Assembly: GCF_004765795.1 (NCBI RefSeq)
Contig: NZ_SBIV01000004.1
Span: 186,001 to 250,000 of the forward strand
Source of the DNA: Halorussus marinus
GTDB lineage: Archaea > Halobacteriota > Halobacteria > Halobacteriales > Haladaptataceae
Length of the DNA: 64,000 nt
Direction: 5' to 3'
This document shows positions 37,849 to 47,831 of this stretch, in pieces. Position 1 is the first letter of the stretch; each line of letters begins with the position of its first letter. Below the pieces are notes generated by a model. It was not told the DNA's origin. It was given only the letters and a program-made list of their open reading frames with translations, and did not search any database. The translations under genes were made by a program, and so were the position numbers.

Positions 37849-38487
37849 GTGTTCGGCGTAGACGAGGCGGGCAAGGGTCCGGTGTTGGGGTCGATGTTCG
37901 CGGCCGCGGTCGCGGTCGCCGACCCCGCGGTCCTGCCCGCTGACGTGGACGACTCGAAGCGCATCGCGCCCGACCGCCGCGAGGCGCTCGCGGCGGGTCT
38001 CCGGGCCGACGACCGGGTCGCCGTCGGCGTCGCGGAGGTCCCGACCGACCGGATCGACGACCCCGAGACCGACATGAACACCCTGACCGTCGCGGCCCAG
38101 GCAGAGGCGCTCTCGGCGGTCGCCGCCGACGGCGCGTCGGGGGTCGTCGACGCGGGCGACACCAGCGAGCGACGGTTCGCCCGACGGGTCGCCGACCGGG
38201 TCGACGCCGACGTCGATCTGACCGCGGAACACGGCGCCGACGAGCGTCACGCGGTCGTCGGCGCGGCGAGCGTCCTCGCCAAGGTGGCCCGCGATGCCCA
38301 CGTCGCGGAGCTCGCCGCCGAGTACGGCGAGGTCGGATCGGGCTACCCGAGCGACCCGACGACCCGCGAGTTCCTCGCGAGCTACGTCGCAGAGCACGCC
38401 GAACTGCCCGAATGTGCGCGCCGGAGCTGGTCGACCTGCGAGGACGTGCTGGCGGCCCACGAGCAGTCGGGGCTGGCGGAGTTCTAA
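37849..38487 (+). CDS. rnhB: Ribonuclease HII
   Basis: FGVDEAGKGPVLG, DDSK, VGAASVLAKVARD and GSGYPSDP; GTG start at 37849. Confidence 0.96.
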   Translation: MFGVDEAGKGPVLGSMFAAAVAVADPAVLPADVDDSKRIAPDRREALAAGLRADDRVAVGVAEVPTDRIDDPETDMNTLTVAAQAEALSAVAADGASGVVDAGDTSERRFARRVADRVDADVDLTAEHGADERHAVVGAASVLAKVARDAHVAELAAEYGEVGSGYPSDPTTREFLASYVAEHAELPECARRSWSTCEDVLAAHEQSGLAEF

Positions 38488-39677
38488 GCGGGGTCGGGAG
38501 AGACCCGGTCGCGGTCGCCCGAGACGAACCGATCCCCGCCGGTCGATTCGGCCCGGTCGTCCGAGAGGGGGAGTTCGACCGCGAACGCGGTCCCGTCGGG
38601 GCCGGTCTCGACCAGTTCGACCGTCCCGCCGTAGCGCTCGACCAGCGTCCGAACGAGGTAGAGCCCGAGGCCGTGGGTGCCGCCGGTGTTGTCGCTTCGC
38701 TCGAACAGCGCGTCGCGCTCGTCGGCGGGGATTCCGGGGCCGTTGTCGGCGACCCGGACCGTCACCGTCTCCGCCGACTCCTCGACGATAACCTCGACCC
38801 GCGGCGTCTCGCTGTCGTTGTGCTCGACCGCGTTCGTGAGCAGGTTCGAGAACACCCGGGGCAGGAGGTCGTCGGCCTCGACGCGAACGTCGGCCGGGAC
38901 CGACGCTTCGATTTCGACCGACTCGGCGGTGGCTCGGAGGTCCGCCACCTCGGCGAGAACTATCGCCGAGAGGTTCTCGTCTCGCAACTCGACGGTGCCC
39001 CGAGTCGCGGCTATCAGCACCTTCACGTCCCGGATGACGCCCGTCATGTCCCGGCCCTGCCGGTGAATCGTTTCGAGGCGTTCGCGGGCGTCGTCGTCGA
39101 GGTCGGCGTCGTCGAGGACCATCGAGGCGTAGCCCGTGATGACGTTGGCGGTGTTGAGCACCTCGTGTCGGAGGAGGCTGTTGAGGTAATCGAGGTGCTG
39201 GTGGTGCATCTCGGCCTGCTCGGCGCGGACGGTGGCACGCTCGGCGGCGCGCTCGCGCTGGATGGAGCGGGCCTCCACGACGCCCACGAGGAGGCCTCCG
39301 ATGCCGCCGACGGTCACCGTAAAGCGCACCCACCCGGCCAGGACCAGGGCGGAGTCCGGCGACCAGACCGCCATTATCGGGGCGTTTATGCCGAGGTAGA
39401 ATCCCATCCCGCCGAAGAACCACGTTTCGATGCGCGGATACCGGTCGGGAGTGAGTTCACTCCGGTGGAGCCAGTACCCGCCGTACAGAATCACCGCACT
39501 GGCCAAGAGGGTGATCGAGAGGCTGACGAGAAACCCCGTCGAGAGGTACGCGTTCACGTTCACTCCCTTGAACACCACCCACTCCGCAGCGAAGATGAGA
39601 ACGAACAGTACCCCGGAACCCGATATCATCGCGGGCGTTCGATTCGAAGAGAAAAACCGAGACGAGATGGCGTCCAT
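38484..39677 (-). CDS. Membrane-bound sensor histidine kinase (orphan)
   Basis: Four N-terminal TM helices; H-box LLRHEVLN, N-box NLLTNAVEH, DNGPGIP and GLGL. Confidence 0.92.
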   Translation of the reverse strand: MDAISSRFFSSNRTPAMISGSGVLFVLIFAAEWVVFKGVNVNAYLSTGFLVSLSITLLASAVILYGGYWLHRSELTPDRYPRIETWFFGGMGFYLGINAPIMAVWSPDSALVLAGWVRFTVTVGGIGGLLVGVVEARSIQRERAAERATVRAEQAEMHHQHLDYLNSLLRHEVLNTANVITGYASMVLDDADLDDDARERLETIHRQGRDMTGVIRDVKVLIAATRGTVELRDENLSAIVLAEVADLRATAESVEIEASVPADVRVEADDLLPRVFSNLLTNAVEHNDSETPRVEVIVEESAETVTVRVADNGPGIPADERDALFERSDNTGGTHGLGLYLVRTLVERYGGTVELVETGPDGTAFAVELPLSDDRAESTGGDRFVSGDRDRVSPDPA

Positions 39678-39759
39678 ACCCTTTGGTTCGAAACGCGAAT
39701 TAAATAAGTTGACACCAATTACCAGCGCTGATAACGAGGCGGGAGGCGCGGTGGCGTTC

Positions 39760-41337
39760 TTACGTGTCGGTCATCAGTCGCCGGAGGATGTCGCCGTACG
39801 CCGGCCGCGTGATCAACACCCCGACGAGGACGCCGAGGATGGTCACGATGGCGAAGCCCTGGAGGTCGCCGAGCGACAGCACGGCGAGCGGGCTCATCGC
39901 GATGATGGTGGTCGCCGCCGCGGCACCGATGACCCAGAACGCCTTCCGGAACCGGCTCTGGAAGACGCGGTTGGAGTTGACGTCGCCCTCGGCCATCACC
40001 TCGTCGGCGATGATGATGAGGTCGTCGACCCCGGTCCCGATGACCGCGATGAAACCCGCGATGTGACTCAGGTCCAGCGGCAACTGGACCGCCGCCGCGA
40101 ACCCGAGCAGGATGACGACCTCCGAGAGCGCGGTCACCAGCATCGGCGCGGCGACCTTCGGATCGCCGTACCGGAAGAAGACGGTGAGGGCGACCGCGAG
40201 CACCGCGACCAGCCCGGTGATCAGCGAGTAGAGCTTGAACTCCTCGGCGAGGCTGGGCGCGAGGAAGTACGAGGTGCCGTCGTCGAGGTTCAGCGCCGCC
40301 GGGAGCGACCCCGCGTTCAGGTGGATCTGGAGCTCGCGGGCCTCGGACATGTTCGTCGTCTGCATGATGAATCCGGGGTCCTGGACGAACTCGCCGCTCT
40401 GCATCGTTCTGGCGAGACCCGAGCCCATGCTCGCGGCGTAGACGGTCTCGTTGTCGACCACGGTGTACAGGCAGTAGCCGGGGTTCTCGGGGTCGTCGCG
40501 GTACCGACAGGACTCGACGCCCTCGCCGGTGAACCCGAACTCGTTCATCGCGTTCGAGTAGTTCCGGGCGGCGTCTTCTTCCAGCGTGAGCGGGACGTGG
40601 GGTCCCCGGCGAGCCGAGTCCTGGGCCGAACTGATCCGGCTGAAGTCACCCTGCGTGAGCAGGGGTACTCGGCGGTACTCGGTTCCGTTGTCGCCCTGAA
40701 CCGGGAAGCCGGCGACGACCTGGACCTTCCCGCGTTCGGTGACGAGGTCCTCGACCTGACTCTGGTTGGCGTTTGGCATCTCGATGACCACGAAGTTCTC
40801 GCCGTCGGCGGTCTGGACCTCCTGGACCCGGCCGCCGGCGAGCCCGGCTTGGGAGATCTTGTCGCGGAGGATCCGGACGATGGTGTTACGGGTCGCGTCG
40901 GTGACGCCGGCCTGGATCCGGTCGTACTCGTAGCCCGCCGCATCGAGCGCCGAGCCGAACCGCTCGGTTGAGACGTTGCCCACGAGGAGTTCGACCGTCG
41001 TCGTCTCGTTGGCCGACTGGGCGAGCCGGACGGTCACGTCCGAGGCGTCGGCGGCCGAGATGTTCGCGGCCACCCGTCGCTCGATCTGTCCGGGCGAGGT
41101 CTCGCGGGGCACGTCGACTTCGTAGGCGGTCTGGCCGTCGACGGGCGCCCGAATCCGGGTCCCGCCCGACAGTTCGAGCCCGAACGCGAGGTTCGTCGGG
41201 CCGCCGGCCTCCGCGACCAGCGACTCGTTGGTCGCGGCGTCGTCGCTACCGCCGACGCCGGGCGCGACCAGCGCGTAGACGCTGACCGCGATGAAGATCG
41301 CGAGCAGGATGACCCGCCAGTTGTCGCGCCAGTTCAT
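39760..41337 (-). CDS. secD: Protein translocase subunit SecD
   Basis: LAFGLELSGG, LNAGSLP, IAVIGTGVDDLIII and TTIIAMSPL; follows secF. Confidence 0.95.
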   Translation of the reverse strand: MNWRDNWRVILLAIFIAVSVYALVAPGVGGSDDAATNESLVAEAGGPTNLAFGLELSGGTRIRAPVDGQTAYEVDVPRETSPGQIERRVAANISAADASDVTVRLAQSANETTTVELLVGNVSTERFGSALDAAGYEYDRIQAGVTDATRNTIVRILRDKISQAGLAGGRVQEVQTADGENFVVIEMPNANQSQVEDLVTERGKVQVVAGFPVQGDNGTEYRRVPLLTQGDFSRISSAQDSARRGPHVPLTLEEDAARNYSNAMNEFGFTGEGVESCRYRDDPENPGYCLYTVVDNETVYAASMGSGLARTMQSGEFVQDPGFIMQTTNMSEARELQIHLNAGSLPAALNLDDGTSYFLAPSLAEEFKLYSLITGLVAVLAVALTVFFRYGDPKVAAPMLVTALSEVVILLGFAAAVQLPLDLSHIAGFIAVIGTGVDDLIIIADEVMAEGDVNSNRVFQSRFRKAFWVIGAAAATTIIAMSPLAVLSLGDLQGFAIVTILGVLVGVLITRPAYGDILRRLMTDT

Positions 41338-42227
41338 CGGGCCACCCCCTCGAACTTCCACCAGCGAAGCAGACTCAGGTTCAACATGTAGGTGTTCATC
41401 AGGTCGGTCGCGAGCCCGAGCACGAGCACGAGCCCGATCGACGCCAGCAGATCGATGCCGAACAGGTACGCGACGAGCGCCATCACCGCCATCGCCGACA
41501 GCGAGGTGAGCGTCATCGTCACGCCGGTCCGCATCGCCCGGTAGGTGCTCTCGTAGAAGCCGCCCGACCGGCGGATGATGTGGTTGTTCAGCAGGATGTC
41601 GGAGTCGACCGAGTACCCGATCAACATCAGCAGGGCCGCGACGGTGCCCAGCGAGAGCTCGATCCCGAGGAGGTTCATCAGCGCGAGCGGGATCACGATG
41701 TCGCTGAACGCCGAGAGCACGACGGCGATCGAGGGGACGAACGTCCGGAACATCAGGAACACGAGCACGCTCATCCCGGCGAACGCGAGCCCGAGGCCGT
41801 AGAGGGCGAGCTGTTGGGTCGAGGACCCGAAGCTCGCGGAGGTCCCCTGCACCGACTTGACGGGGTCGCAGTCGGGGTTCTGGGCGCAGGCCTGGGTGGG
41901 CTCTAAGTTAGAACGCGCCTGCTCGGCGATGTTCTCGGCCTCCGGCGGGAACGTGACGATGTACGTGTTCGCCTCCGACCGGACCGGACTGACCGACACG
42001 ACGTCGGCGTCGAACTGGTCGGGGAGTTCGGAGGACGGCGTCGCGGTCTGGACTCTGAGCTCGGTACCGCCGGTGAACTCGGTGCCGAGCTGTACGGGCG
42101 CACCGGTGGTGACGTACCACCCGGCGAGCACCAACAGCGCGACGGCGAGCAGGGCGAGAGGGATCGCCGCGAGCTGTCGGTTCGTGTACCGGGTGTAGTC
42201 GACCTCCGGCACTTCGAACGCTACCAT
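41334..42227 (-). CDS. secF: Protein translocase subunit SecF
   Basis: LGTEFTGG, LMLIGYSVDSDILL and TGVTMTLTS motifs. Confidence 0.95.
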   Translation of the reverse strand: MVAFEVPEVDYTRYTNRQLAAIPLALLAVALLVLAGWYVTTGAPVQLGTEFTGGTELRVQTATPSSELPDQFDADVVSVSPVRSEANTYIVTFPPEAENIAEQARSNLEPTQACAQNPDCDPVKSVQGTSASFGSSTQQLALYGLGLAFAGMSVLVFLMFRTFVPSIAVVLSAFSDIVIPLALMNLLGIELSLGTVAALLMLIGYSVDSDILLNNHIIRRSGGFYESTYRAMRTGVTMTLTSLSAMAVMALVAYLFGIDLLASIGLVLVLGLATDLMNTYMLNLSLLRWWKFEGVAR

Positions 42228-42338
42228 ATGGGAGAGGAATGTGGGTCGGCCGTGGATAAGTGTTCTTATCGCCGCTCACGGCACGCAACGTATCCCACGG
42301 GAACAAGGCTCAAAGCGTTCGCGCGCGTAGTCCCGAGC

Positions 42339-42707
42339 ATGGGAACCGAGACCGACTCCGAGGCCGACCTGCGTGACCGCCACAGCGACCTCTCGCCGGC
42401 CGACCGGGTGGTCGTCTCCTACCCGGAGGACCTGAGCGACTGGGGCCGATTTCAGGTCGAGAAGCCCTCCTTCCGAGGGTTCCTCCGGAAGACCAAGACC
42501 GACCGCGTCAGGCAGGGCGACGTCTGGGAGGAGTTCGTCGGCGTCGGCTGTTGTGGCAACACGTTAGACGTGCCGCTTCGCGTCGAGCGAATCGAAGGCG
42601 GCGAGACGTTCGGCCCGGACACCGAGATCACCTACGAGGTGCGAGAGGCCTGCGACATCGCCGGCGGCTGGCAGGTCCAGAGCGAGGGCGGCCCGAACGA
42701 GGTGTAA
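42339..42707 (+). CDS. Conserved haloarchaeal hypothetical protein
   Basis: 122-aa acidic ORF containing WEEFVGVGCCG. Confidence 0.7.
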   Translation: MGTETDSEADLRDRHSDLSPADRVVVSYPEDLSDWGRFQVEKPSFRGFLRKTKTDRVRQGDVWEEFVGVGCCGNTLDVPLRVERIEGGETFGPDTEITYEVREACDIAGGWQVQSEGGPNEV

Positions 42708-42761
42708 GCCCGGCGTCCGGGGATCGTCGAGATCGGGTGTCCCGCCCGCGCCGACCCGGCC

Positions 42762-42816
42762 CCGTCCCACTCGGAGTGGCGACGCAATCTCCGTCCCACT
42801 CGGAGTGGCGACGCAA
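42762..42816. repeat. Exact 26-bp direct repeat (period 29 bp) of a near-palindrome between convergent genes
   Basis: ccgtcccactcggagtggcgacgcaa at 42762-42787 and 42791-42816; core ccactc-g-gagtgg. Confidence 0.9.
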
Positions 42817-42867
42817 CCCTCGGCCCGGTCGTGAGTCGTTCTCCGACGACCGGATCGCCGCCGACCG

Positions 42868-43374
42868 CTACTCGGCCGCGTGGTTCTCGACGGCCTCGTC
42901 GAGGCGGAACTCGGTCCGGAGTCGGAGCCGGGGGACGGATCCGACGGTCCCTTTCGTGCCCGGCTTGCGCGTGGTCGCGCGTTCGACGGTAGCCGAAACG
43001 TCGGCGCCGAGGCGGTCCCGAAGCTCCGCTTCGAGCCGACGGCCGCTCTCCTCGGCGTCGAGCAACACGTCGACGGCGTCGGATCGCGGGCGCACGTCGA
43101 CGACCTCGGGACGGCGTTCGACCCACGCCGTGAGTTCGGGGTACGCCGTCTCGCCCAGCGTGTCGCCGATCGCGGCGTACGTGCCCGTGAGGTCGGCGAG
43201 CCGCCAGTATCTGGTGAGCGCGTACGGGTCGATGACGTTCTGGCGGCGGGTCTCGGAATACGCGTTCGCGACGACGTCGGCGTCGGCGAGTCGGTCGTAG
43301 TCGGCTTCGAACACGACCCGGCGCTCGTCGGTCGAGTCGCCGTCGGGGGTCCACGTCGCCTGCCACTGATACAT
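42868..43374 (-). CDS. Hypothetical protein
   Basis: 168-aa acidic ORF from MYQWQATW. Confidence 0.6.
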   Translation of the reverse strand: MYQWQATWTPDGDSTDERRVVFEADYDRLADADVVANAYSETRRQNVIDPYALTRYWRLADLTGTYAAIGDTLGETAYPELTAWVERRPEVVDVRPRSDAVDVLLDAEESGRRLEAELRDRLGADVSATVERATTRKPGTKGTVGSVPRLRLRTEFRLDEAVENHAAE

Positions 43375-43537
43375 GGCGGCGGGTATTCGACCCCCTCCTA
43401 TCAACTTTCACCTTTCGGCCGTCTCGGATCGAACTCGCTCGACATCCCGGATCGACGGCGGCGGCGAACAGCTCGACCGGACCACTGCCGGCGAACCGGT
43501 GGCTCACGCGGTCGAAAAACAGATTCTCGCGGTCTGT

Positions 43538-44011
43538 TCACGGCATGTAGCGGACGCTCACCACGCCCGCCTCCGACCGGACCTCGACGCGCGAGACCCC
43601 GAGCCGGGCGGCCCGCGTGAGCGTCGCTTCGTCGTCGAGGACGTCTTCGACCGCGCTCTCGGTGTCCTCGGGCGGCACGGTCAGGACGTGAATCTCACCG
43701 GTCCCGGCCCGCTCCTCGCGGGCGACCTCCCCGACCGGCTGGGCGTCCGCGAGTTCGCGCTCTTGGACCGTCGGCGGCTCGTCGCTCCGCTCGGTCGCGA
43801 GCGGGCGCCGCTCGTCGACTTCGATCACCGACCACGTCAGGTTCATCGGCGGGTCGGGCGCGACCGTCGCCTCGACGGCGTCTCGCTCCTCGACGCCGGG
43901 GTTCGACGAGAGGGTGTGGACCTGTCCGCCCTCGACGTCCTTCAGCACCGCCGATTCGTTCTCGGCGTGAGTGACGAGGAAGGTGCTCGTCTTCTCGGAC
44001 TCGTCGGTCAT
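43538..44011 (-). CDS. Conserved haloarchaeal protein (DUF5812-like)
   Basis: MTDESEKTSTFLVTHAENESAVLKDVEGGQVHTL...VSVRYMP. Confidence 0.8.
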   Translation of the reverse strand: MTDESEKTSTFLVTHAENESAVLKDVEGGQVHTLSSNPGVEERDAVEATVAPDPPMNLTWSVIEVDERRPLATERSDEPPTVQERELADAQPVGEVAREERAGTGEIHVLTVPPEDTESAVEDVLDDEATLTRAARLGVSRVEVRSEAGVVSVRYMP

Positions 44012-44052
44012 GGGCGTCGGTAGGCGCCGCGCGCTTTTCCCGATTGCGTTTG

Positions 44053-44598
44053 CTACCGCGCGAGCCGGTGGACCGCGAGGATCGCCGCGATCCCGAGCGC
44101 CGGCGGCGCGAGCGCGTAGACGGCCGGGAGTGCGTAGAGGAACTCCACCGCGGGCGCGAGGAGCGCCGGCGGCGCCTCGCGGGCGTCCGGCGGTGCGGAG
44201 ATCAAAAGCGAGACGTACAGCGAGGCGACGAACAGGTAGCCGGCGAGCGCCGCCAGCAGGTCGGCGCGGGCGCTCGCGGTGCCGCGGCGGTGCTTGCGGG
44301 CGGTCGAGAGGACGGGCCCGATCAGCACCGCGAGGAGCAAGGCTCCCCCGACGATCAGGAAGGCCCGCGAGAAGGTGGCGAACTCCGAGCCGCCCACGGT
44401 GGCGAAGATCCACACCGGGAGCGCGAGCACGACGAACGTCGCGAGCAGCGCCGACAGCAGTGCGGCGACGACCGCGTACGACTGGAGCAGTCGGGAGTCG
44501 GTCTCGGCGAACGCGGTCCGAAACGACCCCCTGATGAGGCTCCGGGAGTCGTCGGTCCGGGGCCGGGCGTCGGCCTCGACGTCGGGCTGGTCGGCCAT
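44053..44598 (-). CDS. Hypothetical membrane protein
   Basis: From MADQPDV, with four TM segments. Confidence 0.7.
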   Translation of the reverse strand: MADQPDVEADARPRTDDSRSLIRGSFRTAFAETDSRLLQSYAVVAALLSALLATFVVLALPVWIFATVGGSEFATFSRAFLIVGGALLLAVLIGPVLSTARKHRRGTASARADLLAALAGYLFVASLYVSLLISAPPDAREAPPALLAPAVEFLYALPAVYALAPPALGIAAILAVHRLAR

Positions 44599-44714
44599 CT
44601 CGTCCGGACGTTGGGACGACGGGCTCAAAAGCGGTGCGATGGGTCGACCCGGCCGGCGGCGGGCCCGGACCACCGCACTTTTTGTCGGCGCCCGACGCGG
44701 ATTCGGACGACACC

Positions 44715-46007
44715 ATGCGCGTAGACCTCGGCAACGCACTCTCGGACGTCGCCGACCCCGGCGTCTCCCGCACAGCCCTCGAGGAGCTCGACGACCGCGT
44801 CGCGGACGCCAACGAGCGGATCGAGGCGGGCCGGGCGGACCGCGAGCACGGCTACGCCGCGCTGAACCTCCCCGAGACCGCAGACCCCGACGCGATCCGG
44901 GCGGCGGTCGAGCCGTTCGCGGACGCCGAGGCGGTGCTCACCGTCGGCATCGGCGGCTCCGCGCTCGGGGCGGCGACGATCGCCGACGCGCTCGACGCCG
45001 AGACCGAGGCGTACTTCCTCGACAACGTCGACCCCGAGCGCGTCTCGGCGCTACTCGACGATCTCCCGCTCGACGCCACTGCGGTCAACGTCGTCTCGCG
45101 GTCGGGCACCACCGCCGAGACGCTCGCGAACTTCCTCGTCGTCCGGGAGGCGATGGCCGACGCCGGCGTCGATTGGACCGACCGGACCTTCGTCACCACG
45201 GGCGAGGAGGGGAACCTCCGGCGGCTCGCCGCGAAGCACGATCTGCCCGCGCTCGACGTGCCCGAGGGCGTCCCCGGGCGATTCTCGGCGCTGTCGACCG
45301 TGGGGCTCGCGTGCGCGGCCATTCAGGGTCACGACCTCGACGCGATCCTCGCGGGCGCGAGCGAGGAGGCCGACCGGCTCGCGGGCTCGCTGTACGACTC
45401 GCCCGCCTACGCGTACGGCGCGGCGACCTACGCGCTCGAACAGCGGGGCGCGGCGGTCAACGCGATGATGCCCTACGCCGAGTCCCTGGAGACGTTCGCG
45501 GAGTGGTTCGCACAGCTGTGGGCCGAGAGTCTCGGGAAGGACGGTCGGGGCCAGACGCCGGCCCGCGCGCTCGGCGCGACCGACCAGCACTCCCAGCTTC
45601 AGCTCTATCGGGCCGGCCCGCGCGACAAGCTGGTCACGCTCGTCCGGCCCGCCAACCGCGACGACCGGGCGATCCCCGAGACCGACCTCGACGGGCTCTC
45701 GTACCTCGGGGGCTCGACGCTCGGCGAGCTCCTCGACGCCGAGTTCGAGGCGACCGAGGCAAGCCTCGCGGCGGCCGGCCGGCCCAGCGTCCGGCTCGAG
45801 ATCGACCGGGTCGACGAGCGGGGGCTCGGCGAGCTCCTCTACGGAATGGAGGCCGCTTGCGTCCTCTACGGCGAGCTCGCGGCGATCGAGACGTTCACAC
45901 AGCCGGCGGTCGAGTGGGGCAAGCGGGCCGCCCGGGGACTGCTGGGCGGGGGCGACTTCGAGGAGGTCGACGCCGTCGCCGACAAGACCCGACTGCTCGT
46001 CGAGTAG
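44715..46007 (+). CDS. pgi: Glucose-6-phosphate isomerase
   Basis: VGIGGSALG, SRSGTTAET, GRFS, QLWAESLGK, GATDQHSQLQ and QPAVEWGK motifs. Confidence 0.95.
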   Translation: MRVDLGNALSDVADPGVSRTALEELDDRVADANERIEAGRADREHGYAALNLPETADPDAIRAAVEPFADAEAVLTVGIGGSALGAATIADALDAETEAYFLDNVDPERVSALLDDLPLDATAVNVVSRSGTTAETLANFLVVREAMADAGVDWTDRTFVTTGEEGNLRRLAAKHDLPALDVPEGVPGRFSALSTVGLACAAIQGHDLDAILAGASEEADRLAGSLYDSPAYAYGAATYALEQRGAAVNAMMPYAESLETFAEWFAQLWAESLGKDGRGQTPARALGATDQHSQLQLYRAGPRDKLVTLVRPANRDDRAIPETDLDGLSYLGGSTLGELLDAEFEATEASLAAAGRPSVRLEIDRVDERGLGELLYGMEAACVLYGELAAIETFTQPAVEWGKRAARGLLGGGDFEEVDAVADKTRLLVE

Positions 46008-46052
46008 ACCGCAAACGCAGGGCCTTTAGCTCGGCCGTTCGTCCCCCGTGGC

Positions 46053-47141
46053 ATGGAAGAGCGTTCGTTCGCGACGGCGGGAGTCGCCCTCGGCGGCGTC
46101 GCGCTCGCGTCGGCGGGCCTGCCGTGGGACGCCGCGGGCGCCGGACCGGTCGAGAACGTCGTCCTCGCCGGGCTCGGCGCGGCCGTGACCGCGGCCTTCT
46201 CGCTCCGGCGCCACGGCCTGCTCGCCGCCGGCCCCGGCGGACTGCTCGCGGGCGTCGCCAGCCTCGCGGTGGTCGGCCACGCCGCGACCGCGGTCGGCGG
46301 CGTCGCGGCCGGCGTGACCTCGCCGCTCGGGGTGGCGCTCGCACTGATCGGCGGGGTCGGCGGCGCGGTCGCCGCCTACGGCGACGCTCGCGGGATTCCC
46401 GACCGCGCCGGCGCCGCCATGGGGGCGTTCGCCCGCGGTCTCGGGCTCGGGTTCGCCGGACTGGTGGCGATCAGCGCGTGGACGAGCGTCGCGGTGTCGC
46501 TGTGGGCCGCGGTCGTCCCCGGCGAGATCGGTCGGCTCCAACAGCTCGTCGTCGGCTCGGTCGCACTCGGGCTCGGTACCGCCACGGTCGCGCTGGTCTA
46601 CTTCGGGGCGACCGACCGCGAGTGGTCGTACGTCGACGTTCGAGCGCCGGATCTAACCGACGCGGGCTACGCGCTCGCCGGCGTCGCGATCCTGTTGGGG
46701 CTTCAGTACCTCCTGACCGTCGCGTTCGGACAGCTCGGCATCACTACCGCCAGCCACAGCATCGAGCGCGCGGCACGGCAGGGCAATCACGAGCTGTTGT
46801 TGTGGCTGATCCCGACGGCGTTTCTCGTCATCGGGCCGGGCGAGGAACTGCTGTACCGCAACATCGTCCAGAAGTCCTTCTACGAGACGTTCTCCGAACG
46901 GGGCGCGGTGGTGGCCGCGAGCGTGGTGTTCGCGATCGTCCACGTCCTCGCGTACCTCAGCCCCGACGTCGGCGCGACCCTCGCGACGCTCTCGGTCGTG
47001 TTCGTGCTGTCGCTGGTGCTCGGGGTCGCGTACCGCCGAACCGGGAACCTCGTCGTTCCGATCTTCATCCACGGCGCGTACGATGCGGTGACGTTCGGGG
47101 CGCTGTACCTCGAACTCGCCGGCCAGACGGGACTGGTGTGA
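46053..47141 (+). CDS. CPBP (CAAX/Abi) family intramembrane glutamic endopeptidase
   Basis: EELLYR, FAIVH and HGAYD motifs with many TM helices. Confidence 0.9.
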   Translation: MEERSFATAGVALGGVALASAGLPWDAAGAGPVENVVLAGLGAAVTAAFSLRRHGLLAAGPGGLLAGVASLAVVGHAATAVGGVAAGVTSPLGVALALIGGVGGAVAAYGDARGIPDRAGAAMGAFARGLGLGFAGLVAISAWTSVAVSLWAAVVPGEIGRLQQLVVGSVALGLGTATVALVYFGATDREWSYVDVRAPDLTDAGYALAGVAILLGLQYLLTVAFGQLGITTASHSIERAARQGNHELLLWLIPTAFLVIGPGEELLYRNIVQKSFYETFSERGAVVAASVVFAIVHVLAYLSPDVGATLATLSVVFVLSLVLGVAYRRTGNLVVPIFIHGAYDAVTFGALYLELAGQTGLV

Positions 47142-47226
47142 GGGCGGCGGGCTCGCCGGCGTCCGCCCCGCGTCGGCTTCACGTCTGACGTAGCTTTAAC
47201 AACGACAGCTACATTTGGAAGAAGCG

Positions 47227-47370
47227 ATGGAGCGTAGTTACTCGATTACCTTCGATCCGGACCGCGCAAAGCGGGTCGAGGCGCTGGCTCGCGAGTACGA
47301 CCTCACGACTCAGGAGGTCCTCGAACAGCTCGTGGCGGTCGGGCTCGAAGAGATCGATCCCGAAAGTTAG
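47227..47370 (+). CDS. Small CopG/ribbon-helix-helix-like protein (47 aa, not in the ORF track)
   Basis: MERSYSITFDPDRAKRVEALAREYDLTTQEVLEQLVAVGLEEIDPES shows a beta-alpha-alpha pattern; TTTAAC box about 28 bp upstream. Confidence 0.7.
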   Translation: MERSYSITFDPDRAKRVEALAREYDLTTQEVLEQLVAVGLEEIDPES

Positions 47371-47831
47371 GCGTTCGAGGGGTTCTTGCGCGAGAGTTCG
47401 CTCCCGCAGATCGGACACCGGTCTTTGTTCTCGTCGAACTCCCGACCACAGCCCTGACACTGGAACCGCCAGTCGCGCTGTTCGGAGATGCCCTCGCGGG
47501 CGATCACCTCGACCGCCACCTCCATGTGCTCGGCGACGTTCTGCATCGCGTAGTCGTCGGTCACGAGCGTCGCGTCGAGCTCGAACGCGGCCGCGATGAG
47601 TCGGATGTCGGTGGTCGACAGCTCCTCGCGGTCGCCGGTCTCCCCGGACGCCCGCCTGACCTTCTCGACGGTGTCGTCTCTGGGGATGTGGATGTGCATC
47701 CCCGATCCCTCCATCGCGTCGAAGCGATAGGCGCTCTCGTCTTCGAGCTCCTCGCGGACCATCGGGATGGTCGCGGTCTGCTCGTCGGTGTGGTACTCGT
47801 TGATAAACGTAGAGGAGTCTAGAACGTTCAT
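47367..47831 (-). CDS. nob1: Nob1-family endonuclease (PIN domain plus Zn ribbon)
   Basis: VLDSSTFI, LSTTD, LVTDDYAMQNVA and CQGC...CPICG. Confidence 0.9.
   Translation of the reverse strand: MNVLDSSTFINEYHTDEQTATIPMVREELEDESAYRFDAMEGSGMHIHIPRDDTVEKVRRASGETGDREELSTTDIRLIAAAFELDATLVTDDYAMQNVAEHMEVAVEVIAREGISEQRDWRFQCQGCGREFDENKDRCPICGSELSRKNPSNA

Noticed and set aside
39760..42227. secDF as a dedicated exporter for the scaffold operon
   Set aside because: secDF belongs to the core rnhB-secDF neighbourhood, so proximity is probably incidental.
42762..42816. Possible mini-CRISPR
   Set aside because: Only two repeats with a 3-bp gap, no spacer-length sequence and no cas genes; the 3431-3528 repeat fails for similar reasons.
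47227..47831. RHH plus PIN as a VapBC toxin-antitoxin pair
   Set aside because: The genes are convergent, and the PIN protein has the Nob1 Zn ribbon and core-genome context.
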